Virus record (IMG/VR): IMGVR_UViG_3300005611_000090
Coordinates: 1 to 36,250 of that record
Origin: a virus
Lineage: Duplodnaviria; Caudoviricetes
Length of the DNA stretch: 36,250 nt
Direction: 5' to 3' (one strand)
The notes beneath the pieces were generated by a model that saw only the letters and a program-made list of their open reading frames with translations, was not told the origin of the DNA and did not search any database. A program made the position numbers and the translations under genes. Positions 18,424 through 27,149 of this stretch are shown here, one piece after another (the stretch's first letter is position 1; each line of letters opens with the position of its first letter).

Positions 18424-18932
18424 TATGCTCCTATTTTATATGCTCCAAATATGGTTCTTTTTGTTGAGTCACCACCTAAATTTTGTGAACTACCAATATC
18501 ATGATATACAAAAACTTCATAGTAATCAGTGGCTGTAACATTATCTATACAATGAACTAAACAACTATTACCATTTGAAGTAGCCCCTGATTGAATTTGA
18601 TTAAAAGCAAAATTGCTTCCATTTTTATAAATATAACAAACAATAGTATCATCTGTCATATTTTTTTGTAAAACTGAAGCATAAAAAAAATATTTTCCAA
18701 CAACACCAGGCGTCCATCTATAGTTTGCTCCACTCCAACCAGAATCAGTATCTAAATTTGTTTGATCAAATTGAACTTTTGTAGCTGTTGTATTTGGTAT
18801 ACTTTGATTAGAGGTTAATTGAACTTCAAAAGCTGGAACGTTAGATAACAACGTAACACCCGATCCAATAGCAATGTTACCAGATCCTGCGCTGTTTGTT
18901 ATTGTTCCTACTTTTAATGTTCCGTCTGCCAT
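18423..18932 (-). CDS. Short fibre module with C1q-like head
   Basis: PAFEV...Q...TKVQFD...YRWTPGVVGKY...IYKNGS...DYYEV...FGAYKIGA. Paralogue of the 22041-23744 genes. Confidence 0.75.
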   Translation of the reverse strand: MADGTLKVGTITNSAGSGNIAIGSGVTLLSNVPAFEVQLTSNQSIPNTTATKVQFDQTNLDTDSGWSGANYRWTPGVVGKYFFYASVLQKNMTDDTIVCYIYKNGSNFAFNQIQSGATSNGNSCLVHCIDNVTATDYYEVFVYHDIGSSQNLGGDSTKRTIFGAYKIGA

Positions 18933-19177
18933 TATTCTTTATCTCCTAACATATCATTCCATACAGCTTTTATTTCATCAACTGTTGTAGCTGTATCTAC
19001 TTGACTTGGTAAATCTCTTAAAGTTTGTTTGTCTGCAACAATAGAAGTTGTATCATTACCTTGTTCTTGTGCTTTAATAAAATCAACATCAAGTTTTTCT
19101 AATGCTGATTTTCTTGCAATTCTAATTTTATCTTTCCAAACTTCTTTTGCTTTAGTTATATCAATTGTTATAGCCAT
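18932..19177 (-). CDS. Putative fibre chaperone, second of a pair (start revised to ATG 19177)
   Basis: MAITIDITKAKEVWKDKIRIARK...KQTLRDLP. The LRDLP motif is chaperone-like and the TAATG overlap with 19177..19395 supports this start. Confidence 0.6.
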   Translation of the reverse strand: MAITIDITKAKEVWKDKIRIARKSALEKLDVDFIKAQEQGNDTTSIVADKQTLRDLPSQVDTATTVDEIKAVWNDMLGDKE

Positions 19178-19395
19178 TAGTCGCCAACTCCATCTGTTAA
19201 TTCTGTTTCGTTTATTGTCCAAGCATTTCTAAATTCTCTTGAACTAGGTAATTCATTATCTTCAATAATTTTATATGCTTTTCCTGTTGGAACATCTTTT
19301 TTTGCAATCTCTTGTATTGTCATAGTTCTTAAAGCAGCAGGTGTTGGAACCAAACATGCTATTGTATTATCATCTTTTAAGTATATTATTTTCAT
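19177..19395 (-). CDS. Putative fibre chaperone, first of a pair
   Basis: 72 aa, KDVPTGKAYKI...LPSSREFRNAW. Follows fibre module 19397..19873. Confidence 0.55.
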   Translation of the reverse strand: MKIIYLKDDNTIACLVPTPAALRTMTIQEIAKKDVPTGKAYKIIEDNELPSSREFRNAWTINETELTDGVGD

Positions 19396-19396
19396 A

Positions 19397-19873
19397 TTAT
19401 TTCACTATTATTACTGTTGTGTCATCTACATCTTCAAGTACAAAAGAACCAGTACCATCTATAGATCCTGTGTTAATTTGAATACTTCCAACATTATGAT
19501 CATTAAGTGAACCAGTTACAATTGGTTTTGCATTTCTACCAGACCATCCACCAAGTGCATAATCTGCATCTGGCATGGTATTTGTAAAATTAATTGTATA
19601 TACTCCTGTACCGCCATCAGCAACAGAACTAACACCTCCACTTGCTTCAATAACATTATTAACTTGGTCATATCTTAACCAAACTCTAACACCATAAGCA
19701 GTTGCAACTGAACCATAACCAGAGTTGAATTGTAAGTTTTGCGAATTATCTATCGTTACTGCATTTGTATTATTTGTTTTAATTGTAGTGCTGCCTGTAT
19801 TATTAGCTCCACCAATAGTTAAATTAGCTGTGCCTGATACTGTATCGATTGTGTTTGTCTCTAATTTACTCAT
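19397..19873 (-). CDS. Short fibre / receptor-binding module
   Basis: MSKLETNTIDTVSG N-terminus like the other modules. Head with VSSVADGGTGVYTINFTNTMPDADY. Confidence 0.65.
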   Translation of the reverse strand: MSKLETNTIDTVSGTANLTIGGANNTGSTTIKTNNTNAVTIDNSQNLQFNSGYGSVATAYGVRVWLRYDQVNNVIEASGGVSSVADGGTGVYTINFTNTMPDADYALGGWSGRNAKPIVTGSLNDHNVGSIQINTGSIDGTGSFVLEDVDDTTVIIVK

Positions 19874-20331
19874 TATAAAATTACGAATGTACTCCCTGAT
19901 GGAATCGTGATTGTACCTGATACCGTTACAGGGCCTACTAACGCTCCATTGTTTGAACCCGTCATATTTATATCTGACCAGGTCTGATTATTTTTTACAA
20001 AAAAGGTAGAGCCTAATGAACCCGCGGATACCGATCCATCACTTGGAGTTCCAATGTCATATACATCCCCTAACACGGTTCCGAAAAACGTATCGGTTGC
20101 AGCAGGGTTTGATGTAAATGTAATCTGATTGCCTGTTATTGTATATGCAGTTTGAGGCTCTTGGATCACGCCTGAAATAGAGATAATAACATTAGCTTCG
20201 TTTTGTGGAGATATAGCACTCCCGTTGACCGTTAAATTAAACGGCCCTGGTGTTGATCCTGTGAACGAACTACTGATGTCGTCCAATATACTATATCGAC
20301 CCGATTGAGGGGCCTTTCCAACGTACGCCAA
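19873..20331 (-). CDS. Fibre adaptor / baseplate-like module, paralogue of 23744..24184
   Basis: MAYVGKAP...ISGVIQEP..AYTITGNQITFTSNP...VGPVTVSGTITIPSGSTFVIL. Confidence 0.6.
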   Translation of the reverse strand: MAYVGKAPQSGRYSILDDISSSFTGSTPGPFNLTVNGSAISPQNEANVIISISGVIQEPQTAYTITGNQITFTSNPAATDTFFGTVLGDVYDIGTPSDGSVSAGSLGSTFFVKNNQTWSDINMTGSNNGALVGPVTVSGTITIPSGSTFVIL

Positions 20332-20343
20332 TTGTTAACCTCC

Positions 20344-20691
20344 TTATTCAGTTGGGATAGGGTTAGCAGTTTTAACAGCAGCTACATGATCTTTCCATGT
20401 CGTAGTACCATCAACATTGTCATGATACTGCATGTCTAACTGTGCACCGATATCGCCATAAGCTTGTTTTCTTGTAGCTCTTACTGCTGCTTGTCTTTCT
20501 TCAAGATCAGCTGCAGCATCAACAGCGTTTAATTGTGCGTCAGTTGGTTTAGCGATTGCAAGGTTCCATTCTTTGATGTATGGGCCTTGACCATTGCTAT
20601 CATCCTGAAGCAGAACGTCTGCTGTAAAGTCTACAGAAGCCACACCGTTGTCTGATGCGTATTTCTTGATTTTGCTTGATAGTGATGCCAT
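20344..20691 (-). CDS. Putative fibre chaperone (XkdW-like)
   Basis: DVLLQDDSNGQGPYIKEWNL..KPTDAQL and RKQAY..IGAQLDMQYHD...WKDHVAAVK..NP. Strong AGGAGG SD. Confidence 0.6.
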   Translation of the reverse strand: MASLSSKIKKYASDNGVASVDFTADVLLQDDSNGQGPYIKEWNLAIAKPTDAQLNAVDAAADLEERQAAVRATRKQAYGDIGAQLDMQYHDNVDGTTTWKDHVAAVKTANPIPTE

Positions 20692-20710
20692 AGTTTGTCC
20701 TCCTTATTCT

Positions 20711-20738
20711 ATTATATATTATTCTGGTGGGTTATCAA
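20711..20738 (-). promoter_or_regulatory. Candidate sigma70 promoter inside the fibre array
   Basis: Minus strand TTGATA (20738-20733), 16 nt, TATAAT (20716-20711), then AAGGAGG and ATG 20691. Confidence 0.5.
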
Positions 20739-20901
20739 TAACCGTGTTCCCCTCTTGAATCCACTCTTGTATTGCTTGGTAATCTGAGTTTGCTTCGTCT
20801 AGTGGTACAGATTTAACTCTGTTAGAATTTACATAAGTTATTCTGTAATTAGAAAATGTATTTGTTCTTGTATCATATATTTTTTCTATTGTATTAATCA
20901 T
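20719..20901 (-). CDS. Small fibre-associated protein (60 aa)
   Basis: SVPLDEANSDYQAIQEWIQEGNT motif. Directly follows fibre 20904..22037. Confidence 0.6.
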   Translation of the reverse strand: MINTIEKIYDTRTNTFSNYRITYVNSNRVKSVPLDEANSDYQAIQEWIQEGNTVIDNPPE

Positions 20902-20903
20902 AA

Positions 20904-22037
20904 TTATAACTCCGAATCAAAAGCGATTAATGAATTAGCATTACTTGATGTTACTGTACTTCCTTGACCAGCAGTTCCAGAAACATTAGAAGTTGCATAT
21001 AAATATACACGATTTTTAGTTATGCCTGTAATTCCAGTAAAATCATTAAAATAATCAAGTGTATTTACATCAGTATAATAATAATTTGTTCCTGTGTTTT
21101 GCACTAATGTAGGATTAGCTCTCATTTCAACTTGAAAAAATACATTTACATCAAATCTAGTACTTGATAAATAAGCACCTGACCCAACCATTTGAGCATT
21201 ACCATTAACATATAAATAATAATATCTTAAACATCTTCTTAAATTCACATCAGTTGGCAAGAACTCAAAGTCAGATGCAGTGGTTCCAGCTTCTAGTTGT
21301 ACGCCTGTAATAAACCATTCGTTTGATGTGCTGTCTGCAATATTAACTTGTCCTACGGCTCTGTTTGCATTTGTACTAGTGTTCCAAGAAGTATTCAAAG
21401 TTCCAGATGTGTAATCTGTTCCAGCAACTAACCAGAAATATATATCTAAACTTCTACCATTATCATTATTAAAAGCACTAGCAACATCTCCAGAAAAAGT
21501 TATGGTTTTCTTTTCCCAAGTATCAGCACTATTTACTGTATAAGATTTTGAAATTTGTCTATCTGGGTCACTATCAATATTAAATAATTCACAAATATAA
21601 GTTCCTGTTTTATTTGATTTAACCCAAAATGACATTGTTAAAGATTGAGCAGAAGATGTACCAAATTTTAAATATTGTAAATTTTGACCTTCAAATCTTG
21701 ATGTTATATACATAACACTATTAGCACTTAAACTTGCATTAGCTGTTGTACAGTCCATTTTCATTGAATATCCAAAACCTTGACCAGTTGGAACATCTGT
21801 TGATTGAGATTGTGTCCAAGTACCAGCAGTATTATTAATTGTTCTCCATCTATCGCAAGTAAAATAATCAGAACTTGTAATCCCACTGGCTGAAGTTCCT
21901 CTTTGAGCAATACTCATATCACCATTGATGATGATGTTTCTGAATTGAGCAGGGAATTGTGATGCACCTGTTCCTCCTAATGTTTCAGGAAGAATGTTTT
22001 CAACTTGATTTTCTAAATCTACTTTACTTAATGCCAT
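20904..22037 (-). CDS. Tail fibre protein with carbohydrate-binding-module-like domain
   Basis: RNIIINGDMSIAQRGT...DRW...TMSFWVKS...ITGVQLEAGTTASDFE...LRRCLRYY...MRANPT motifs. Confidence 0.75.
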   Translation of the reverse strand: MALSKVDLENQVENILPETLGGTGASQFPAQFRNIIINGDMSIAQRGTSASGITSSDYFTCDRWRTINNTAGTWTQSQSTDVPTGQGFGYSMKMDCTTANASLSANSVMYITSRFEGQNLQYLKFGTSSAQSLTMSFWVKSNKTGTYICELFNIDSDPDRQISKSYTVNSADTWEKKTITFSGDVASAFNNDNGRSLDIYFWLVAGTDYTSGTLNTSWNTSTNANRAVGQVNIADSTSNEWFITGVQLEAGTTASDFEFLPTDVNLRRCLRYYYLYVNGNAQMVGSGAYLSSTRFDVNVFFQVEMRANPTLVQNTGTNYYYTDVNTLDYFNDFTGITGITKNRVYLYATSNVSGTAGQGSTVTSSNANSLIAFDSEL

Positions 22038-22040
22038 AAT

Positions 22041-22583
22041 CTATGCTCCTATAATTTTGTATCCTCTAAAACTTGTTCCAGTAGTACCATAAAATACTGA
22101 TGATGTTCCTGATGAAATTCCTTGAACCTCAAAATAATCAGTTGAACCATTTGCTTGTGAAATTACAGAAACATTTAAACCTTGACCCGCACCAGCATCA
22201 AAATAATTTCCAGCGAAATTTCTATCTATATTTGAAATATCACTTCCATTTTTAGTAATTCTTATATTAAAAGATTGAAAATCTGCAGCAGAATTTACTA
22301 ACATAATTTGTGCTTCTAAATAATAATAACCAGAAACAGTAGGTGTAAATCTATAATTAGTTGCATTATCATAACAGTTATCAGTGTCTAAAATTTCTGT
22401 ATTATATTGAACTTTAGTGTAAGTACTAGCAGATATAGATTGATTAGAATTAAGATAAACTTCAAAAGCTGGAGTGTTTTTCAACGCAGCATTATTAATG
22501 GTAATATTACCACTGCCATCAGACGTCATGATGTCATTGCCGTTGAAGTCCTGGTATTTATCTACTTTTAATATTCCTGCCAT
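22041..22583 (-). CDS. Short fibre module with C1q-like head
   Basis: PAFEV, DTDNCYDNATNYRFTPTVSGYY, KNGS, NGSTDYFEV, GYKIIGA. Confidence 0.75.
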   Translation of the reverse strand: MAGILKVDKYQDFNGNDIMTSDGSGNITINNAALKNTPAFEVYLNSNQSISASTYTKVQYNTEILDTDNCYDNATNYRFTPTVSGYYYLEAQIMLVNSAADFQSFNIRITKNGSDISNIDRNFAGNYFDAGAGQGLNVSVISQANGSTDYFEVQGISSGTSSVFYGTTGTSFRGYKIIGA

Positions 22584-22584
22584 C

Positions 22585-23154
22585 TTATGATCCTATCTTG
22601 TATGCACCGAAGTATGTTGATTTATCTGCACTTTTAAATTCTGTACTTCCACCAGATTGAACTACACCAAAACTTTCAATATAATCTGTAGTCCCATTCA
22701 TATCAATAATAGCTGTATTAATTACATTTGCTTGATTCATAGCTGATGCAGTATTTACAGGGTCAAAAGTAGTACTTCTGTATAAAGAACCATTTTTGTA
22801 AATGTAAACCTTACTATCTTCTATATCTCCATTACCGAAAATCATAATATTTGTATAAACCATATACTTACCAGCAACATTTGGAGTAAATCTATAATTA
22901 ACAGAATTGTCGTAACAACTATCTGTATCAAAAAGTTCTGTGTCAATCTCAACTTTAGTTATAACGGCACTGCTAACAGTTTGGTCTGCTGATAAATACG
23001 CTTCAAAAGCTGGGTAGTTTTGACCTGTTAATCCACCATTAGGAACAGTCAATGTAGCACCTGATGGTACACTAATCGTCTCGCCCGATTGACCAATAGT
23101 CAGGGTTCCAGAGCCTGTGATTGTTTCTATGTTTGTTGTTTTAATTGTTCCCAT
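22585..23154 (-). CDS. Short fibre module with C1q-like head
   Basis: PAFEA, DTDSCYDNSVNYRFTPNVAGKY, IYKNGS, NGTTDYIE, FGAYKIGS. Confidence 0.75.
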   Translation of the reverse strand: MGTIKTTNIETITGSGTLTIGQSGETISVPSGATLTVPNGGLTGQNYPAFEAYLSADQTVSSAVITKVEIDTELFDTDSCYDNSVNYRFTPNVAGKYMVYTNIMIFGNGDIEDSKVYIYKNGSLYRSTTFDPVNTASAMNQANVINTAIIDMNGTTDYIESFGVVQSGGSTEFKSADKSTYFGAYKIGS

Positions 23155-23660
23155 TATGCTCCTATCCTGTATGCACCGAAATAAGTTTGGTCATTAAGAA
23201 GTTGAACACCTGGATTTAATCCATTCTGTGTAAATATTAATCCATAAAATTCTAGATAGTCTGAAGAACCATTAAATTCTATAACTGCACTAGCTGTTAC
23301 TGAACCTGCTCTCATTTCATTTGCATCTGTATCGACAGATGCATAATTTCTTATTAAAGAGCCGTTTTTGTAAGGTTGTATATATAAAAATCTTGTGCCA
23401 TCCGGAGCACTTCCACCAGCCCAACCTCTTAAACCAAAATAACAAAAATATTTTCCAGCTACTTGAGGTGTAAATCTATAATTTATTGAAGCATCATAAG
23501 CAGAATCTGTATCAAAAATTTCATCACCACATTGAATTTTTGTTGTTGTATTATGATCTGTAGCTTGACTTGAACTTAATCTTGCTTCAAAAGCTGGATA
23601 GTTTTGACCTGATAATCCACCATTAGGAACTGTCATCGTAGCACCTGTTGGGACACTAAT
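23000..23660. repeat. 77-bp imperfect direct repeat shared by two adjacent fibre modules (23000-23076 and 23584-23660)
   Basis: Hand alignment gives 70/77 identical bases. Encodes ISVPxGATxTVPNGGLxGQNYPAFEA at the stalk-head junction. Confidence 0.85.
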
Positions 23661-23744
23661 AGTTTCACCTGAAGCACCAATAGTAATGGTACCAGAACCT
23701 TGTGAACTTTGATGTACTATTTCGTCTACAAATAATTTACTCAT
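23154..23744 (-). CDS. Short fibre module with C1q-like head
   Basis: PAFEA, DTDSAYDASINYRFTPQVAGKY, YKNGS, NGSSDYLE, FGAYRIGA. Confidence 0.75.
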   Translation of the reverse strand: MSKLFVDEIVHQSSQGSGTITIGASGETISVPTGATMTVPNGGLSGQNYPAFEARLSSSQATDHNTTTKIQCGDEIFDTDSAYDASINYRFTPQVAGKYFCYFGLRGWAGGSAPDGTRFLYIQPYKNGSLIRNYASVDTDANEMRAGSVTASAVIEFNGSSDYLEFYGLIFTQNGLNPGVQLLNDQTYFGAYRIGA

Positions 23745-24184
23745 TATACTACCGTTAATGTTCCGTTAACAACGACTGTACCTGTAAAGGCCGCTGGCCC
23801 ACAGACCATCATGTTATCACTAGCGTCAACTGTGATATCAGATGATATTGTTGCTTTGTTTTCATATCCACCATTGATGGATTTAATCATACCAAATTCA
23901 ATTGAGTTTGCACCTGCTGTAGTTTCACCAACAGACTTACCTTGAAACACTACATAAATATTATTGGTTCCCGATGCAGGGGCAGATGTAAAACTTAAAG
24001 TTTGTCCTGCTACTGTGTAAGCTGAAAATGGATCTTGTCTCACGTTTCCGATAAAGACTTCAATCTCTGCAGCTAAAGTTACGGTTTGAGCTAATGTAAA
24101 ATTAGTAGTTGTACCATCTCCAGAAAACTGTTCAGAATTCATTGTGATTAGATTTGTTTTTGGTGAGTTGCCTAAATATGCCAT
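23744..24184 (-). CDS. Fibre adaptor / baseplate-like module, paralogue of 19873..20331
   Basis: MAYLGNSP...FSGDGTTTNFTL...VFIGNVRQDP..AYTVAGQTLSFTSAP...CGP...VNGTLTVV. Preceded by a GGAGG SD. Confidence 0.6.
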   Translation of the reverse strand: MAYLGNSPKTNLITMNSEQFSGDGTTTNFTLAQTVTLAAEIEVFIGNVRQDPFSAYTVAGQTLSFTSAPASGTNNIYVVFQGKSVGETTAGANSIEFGMIKSINGGYENKATISSDITVDASDNMMVCGPAAFTGTVVVNGTLTVV

Positions 24185-24193
24185 CTAATCCTC

Positions 24194-24526
24194 CTATGAA
24201 CTAATTGTATCTACGGCTCCGACAACGCAATCAATAGATGATGCTGTGTCAGAAACTACATAAAGTTGATCTCCTGATTGAAGCACAATTTTAGATCCGC
24301 CATCAATCAATTCTAACGAACCTCCTGAAATAATCGGAACTGATTTGATTAAGTAATAATCTAATGATGTATTTTTAATATAAACATCTACATTAACTGT
24401 TGTTGAAACAATATTAGCTAATCGAATTGAAATTAAACAATCGAATGAATCTACTGCACCACCAAGTACATCAACATCAGAGGTTCCTATTTGTTGGTTT
24501 AAATATCTTCTAAAGTTTTGTGCCAT
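24194..24526 (-). CDS. Small beta-rich virion/tail protein (110 aa)
   Basis: GGSLELIDGGSKIVLQSGD motif, AGGAG SD, located in the structural operon. Confidence 0.6.
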   Translation of the reverse strand: MAQNFRRYLNQQIGTSDVDVLGGAVDSFDCLISIRLANIVSTTVNVDVYIKNTSLDYYLIKSVPIISGGSLELIDGGSKIVLQSGDQLYVVSDTASSIDCVVGAVDTISS

Positions 24527-24533
24527 AATTCTC

Positions 24534-24920
24534 CTATAACGCTATTGCCATTGCAACTGCAAATCCTTCACTTGCTGCTCCAACAGGGTTTCCATCCGCA
24601 TCCAAATAAACTGATTTACCTGCAGGTTGAGTACAAAATACATCTTTTAAACCTGCTGTAAAGTTTACCGCGTTATCTGAATTTGAACTCGATAAAATAG
24701 TATCTCTAGACAAAGTGTCTGTTGCAGCATCGGTAACTGTTCCAAGTCCTACTTCCCACTCGCCTGTTCCAGAATGAACTATTGCATAGTAAGTAGTATT
24801 ACCTGTTCCGATACCAGAGACAAACCCTTCGAAATCTTGTACAGCACCACCGAGATCTAGCGTACCAGTCCCTGTAGTGGTGCTTGTCTCTTTAACTCTG
24901 TCATTGAGCACAAGCGCCAT
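24534..24920 (-). CDS. Virion/tail protein with fibre-N-terminus-like domain (128 aa)
   Basis: DRVKETSTTTGTGT...EWEVGLGT...LSRDTILSSSN...VNFTAGLKDVF resembles N-terminal anchor domains of phage fibres. Ends FAVAMAIAL. Confidence 0.6.
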   Translation of the reverse strand: MALVLNDRVKETSTTTGTGTLDLGGAVQDFEGFVSGIGTGNTTYYAIVHSGTGEWEVGLGTVTDAATDTLSRDTILSSSNSDNAVNFTAGLKDVFCTQPAGKSVYLDADGNPVGAASEGFAVAMAIAL

Positions 24921-24929
24921 TTAATCTCC

Positions 24930-25373
24930 TTAACTAATTCTTAATATTGCAGCAGATGTTGTAAATGCAGGAAACTGAATAGTGAATGTTCCAGCTGTTG
25001 CTGTCTTATCTCCACCAAAATCTAATACTGCAACTGCATCAGTAGTACCTGTACCACCATCAGTTGTTGTATTATAAATTAAAGCTCCTCTTGCTGTTAA
25101 TGTAACACCTGTAAATGATAAATCAGCAAAATCTGTAATTGCAACACCAGATGAAACTTTTACTCCTTGGTTAACGAGTGCTTTACCACCTGCTGTGTAA
25201 CCAGATGAAGCCACTTCGTTTGAAGTAGTGTAATTTTCAGTTGATGCACCTAAAGTTGCAACTGAAGTGTACATTGCTAGTTTATACGTATCTGATGCAG
25301 CATCAAAATCATGTTTTCCTTGTAGTAATTCTTTTTTGAATGAATTACAAATTGCGTTTGTTGTTATAGCCAT
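24930..25373 (-). CDS. Virion structural protein (147 aa)
   Basis: SFKKELL.G.HDF...KLAMYT...NEV..SGYTAGG...DFADLSF...TARGALIYN...VLDFGGDKT...GTFTIQFP. Thr/Ala/Gly-rich, in the structural operon. Confidence 0.6.
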   Translation of the reverse strand: MAITTNAICNSFKKELLQGKHDFDAASDTYKLAMYTSVATLGASTENYTTSNEVASSGYTAGGKALVNQGVKVSSGVAITDFADLSFTGVTLTARGALIYNTTTDGGTGTTDAVAVLDFGGDKTATAGTFTIQFPAFTTSAAILRIS

Positions 25374-25384
25374 TTTAATCTCCT

Positions 25385-26053
25385 TTAACTGTTTGGTGAT
25401 GGTGACGAAACTTTAATTCTTGGAACGCCATCATCGAATTCTGCTCTTCTTCTTCTACCCATTTGTTGAATAGCAAAAGCTTGTATTTCTTCATTATACT
25501 TTGTTTTATACAGGTTGTACATATCTAAGGGTCCTTTTAAATAAGAAAATGCTTCTGTTAAAACTCCGTGCAATAACATAGATTCTTGATATTGTGATAA
25601 ATAGGTAGCAGTGCTGCTATCAAAATGAGGGGGTGTTACGATATAATTTAATTGTACCCCATATGCAATATTTGGAGTAGGTGCAACAACAATAGTTGCA
25701 TCATCCCAATTCGCATAATATTTAGGTTTTCCTGTAGCACCTGTACTATTGTACTCTGATATAAAACTTGTGTCTCTTTTTTCCATGAATTCTCTATCAC
25801 TAGTAATTGTTGCATCAGCAAATACTTGAAGGGATCTAATAATTAAAAAATCTGCAGGAGTTACTAAGTATCTTTTATTAGCAGTGAATGAAGAGGTAGC
25901 GTATTTTCTAGTATCATCATAATCAACTTGTCCTGCAATATCTAATTCTGTATTTCTAATAAATTGATCAATTAAGGTATCAGATAATACATTACTATCT
26001 ACTTCTGTGTAGTTTCTTACCTGGGTTAAAAAATCTGAATGTGATATAGCCAT
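25385..26053 (-). CDS. Head-tail adaptor-like protein (222 aa)
   Basis: Helical N-terminus (QFIRNTELDI), GKPKYYA...VAPTP and LLHGVLTEAFSYLKG, typical of podovirus adaptor / tail tubular protein A class. Confidence 0.65.
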   Translation of the reverse strand: MAISHSDFLTQVRNYTEVDSNVLSDTLIDQFIRNTELDIAGQVDYDDTRKYATSSFTANKRYLVTPADFLIIRSLQVFADATITSDREFMEKRDTSFISEYNSTGATGKPKYYANWDDATIVVAPTPNIAYGVQLNYIVTPPHFDSSTATYLSQYQESMLLHGVLTEAFSYLKGPLDMYNLYKTKYNEEIQAFAIQQMGRRRRAEFDDGVPRIKVSSPSPNS

Positions 26054-26451
26054 TATGTAATACTCACGGTTACGGATTTAATTTGAATAGATAACTGTCT
26101 TCTTCTATTTTGTAAAGAAGGATCCGCAGGTTTCATTGCAGAAGTTCCTTGATTATCAAAAGCAAAATCTCCAGGAAGTGTTAAATTAGCAACACCAACA
26201 GATGCTCCACCAGAATCAGCTTGTACACCATCTCTATTTGTCGGTTGTTGAAATCTTTGTGGTCTTGTATTTTGTAATGCAATTGCATCTGCTACAGTTC
26301 TTCTACGTCTTATTTGTGGATGTTTAGGTTCAAATTCAGAGTAATGAACTAAAGAGCCATTCCACTCTTTGACCATTTCATTATACGGAAATGCCATACC
26401 GGATCTATCAGATATAGCTAATGCACTTTTACCTGTAGCAAATTTTGGCAT
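26053..26451 (-). CDS. Hypothetical structural-region protein (132 aa)
   Basis: AISDRSG..FPY.EMVKEWNG.LVH.SEFEPKHPQ, located between two adaptor-like genes. Confidence 0.55.
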   Translation of the reverse strand: MPKFATGKSALAISDRSGMAFPYNEMVKEWNGSLVHYSEFEPKHPQIRRRRTVADAIALQNTRPQRFQQPTNRDGVQADSGGASVGVANLTLPGDFAFDNQGTSAMKPADPSLQNRRRQLSIQIKSVTVSIT

Positions 26452-26453
26452 AC

Positions 26454-27149
26454 TTAAACTCCATTAGGATAAAAAGATTGTGGAGTAATAAATGTCGATG
26501 CTCTTTGACCATCTTCATCTAACGCTCTTTTCAATTCATCCTCATAAATTAATTTATTTTGTTGTACTAATTGAGGTGCTTTTTTCATAGCTATGTAATA
26601 AGCTAATCCCGCACACATGCATGGTAAAAATCTATATGCAACATCTGCATCATTGGTGTAAGAACCTGCATCTTCAATTCTTTTAATTACATAAAATTTA
26701 AGTGTATTATAAGTATTTAAATCTGGTGCTTGGTATAAATAAATCTTTGGTGTTGTTTGTCTATCCACATAATATTGTGAAGGTTGTCCAGTTGCTAATT
26801 TATTTGGTAATGCAGCATATGCAGATCTATCAATTTTAGTTATTGAAACATCCTGTGTATTTGCATCATCTGATGCTGCTGCAGTTGAGGATACATATGC
26901 TTCAAGCACATCATTTACATCCGAATCAACTGTATATTCTGCTTGCCCTGCAACTAAAGGTATTTCGTTTAATTCTGTTTTCCAAAGATGAATACCTCTG
27001 TTACCCCACTCAGCAAACAATAAATCTAGACTTCTTCTTGCAGAACGTAAATCATAACCAGAAGTGGTGCTAAGACCACATCTTTCAAAACCTTCATCAA
27101 TTATTTCATCAATATTCAGGTTAAAACTTGTCGTTCCTGATGTAGCCAT
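26454..27149 (-). CDS. Head-tail adaptor-like protein (231 aa)
   Basis: ARRSLDLLFAEWGNRGIHLW, GQPSQYY and RFLPCMCAGLAYY (P22 gp4-like adaptor class). AAGGAG SD. Confidence 0.65.
   Translation of the reverse strand: MATSGTTSFNLNIDEIIDEGFERCGLSTTSGYDLRSARRSLDLLFAEWGNRGIHLWKTELNEIPLVAGQAEYTVDSDVNDVLEAYVSSTAAASDDANTQDVSITKIDRSAYAALPNKLATGQPSQYYVDRQTTPKIYLYQAPDLNTYNTLKFYVIKRIEDAGSYTNDADVAYRFLPCMCAGLAYYIAMKKAPQLVQQNKLIYEDELKRALDEDGQRASTFITPQSFYPNGV

Noticed and set aside
19178-19222. N-terminal extension (MDNKRNRINRWSWRL) of the ORF called 18932..19222
   Set aside because: It overlaps the upstream gene. The ATG at 19177 with a TAATG overlap and GGAG SD is the better start.
23000-23660. Diversity-generating retroelement (TR/VR pair) explanation for the 77-bp repeat
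   Set aside because: Both copies are coding and at the stalk-head junction rather than a C-terminus, the mismatches are not confined to adenines of one copy, and no reverse transcriptase is in the window.
16644-24184. Invertase/shufflon or integron-type switching of fibre cassettes
   Set aside because: All modules are complete genes on the same strand. No recombinase, inverted crossover sites or attC-like intergenic hairpins were seen.
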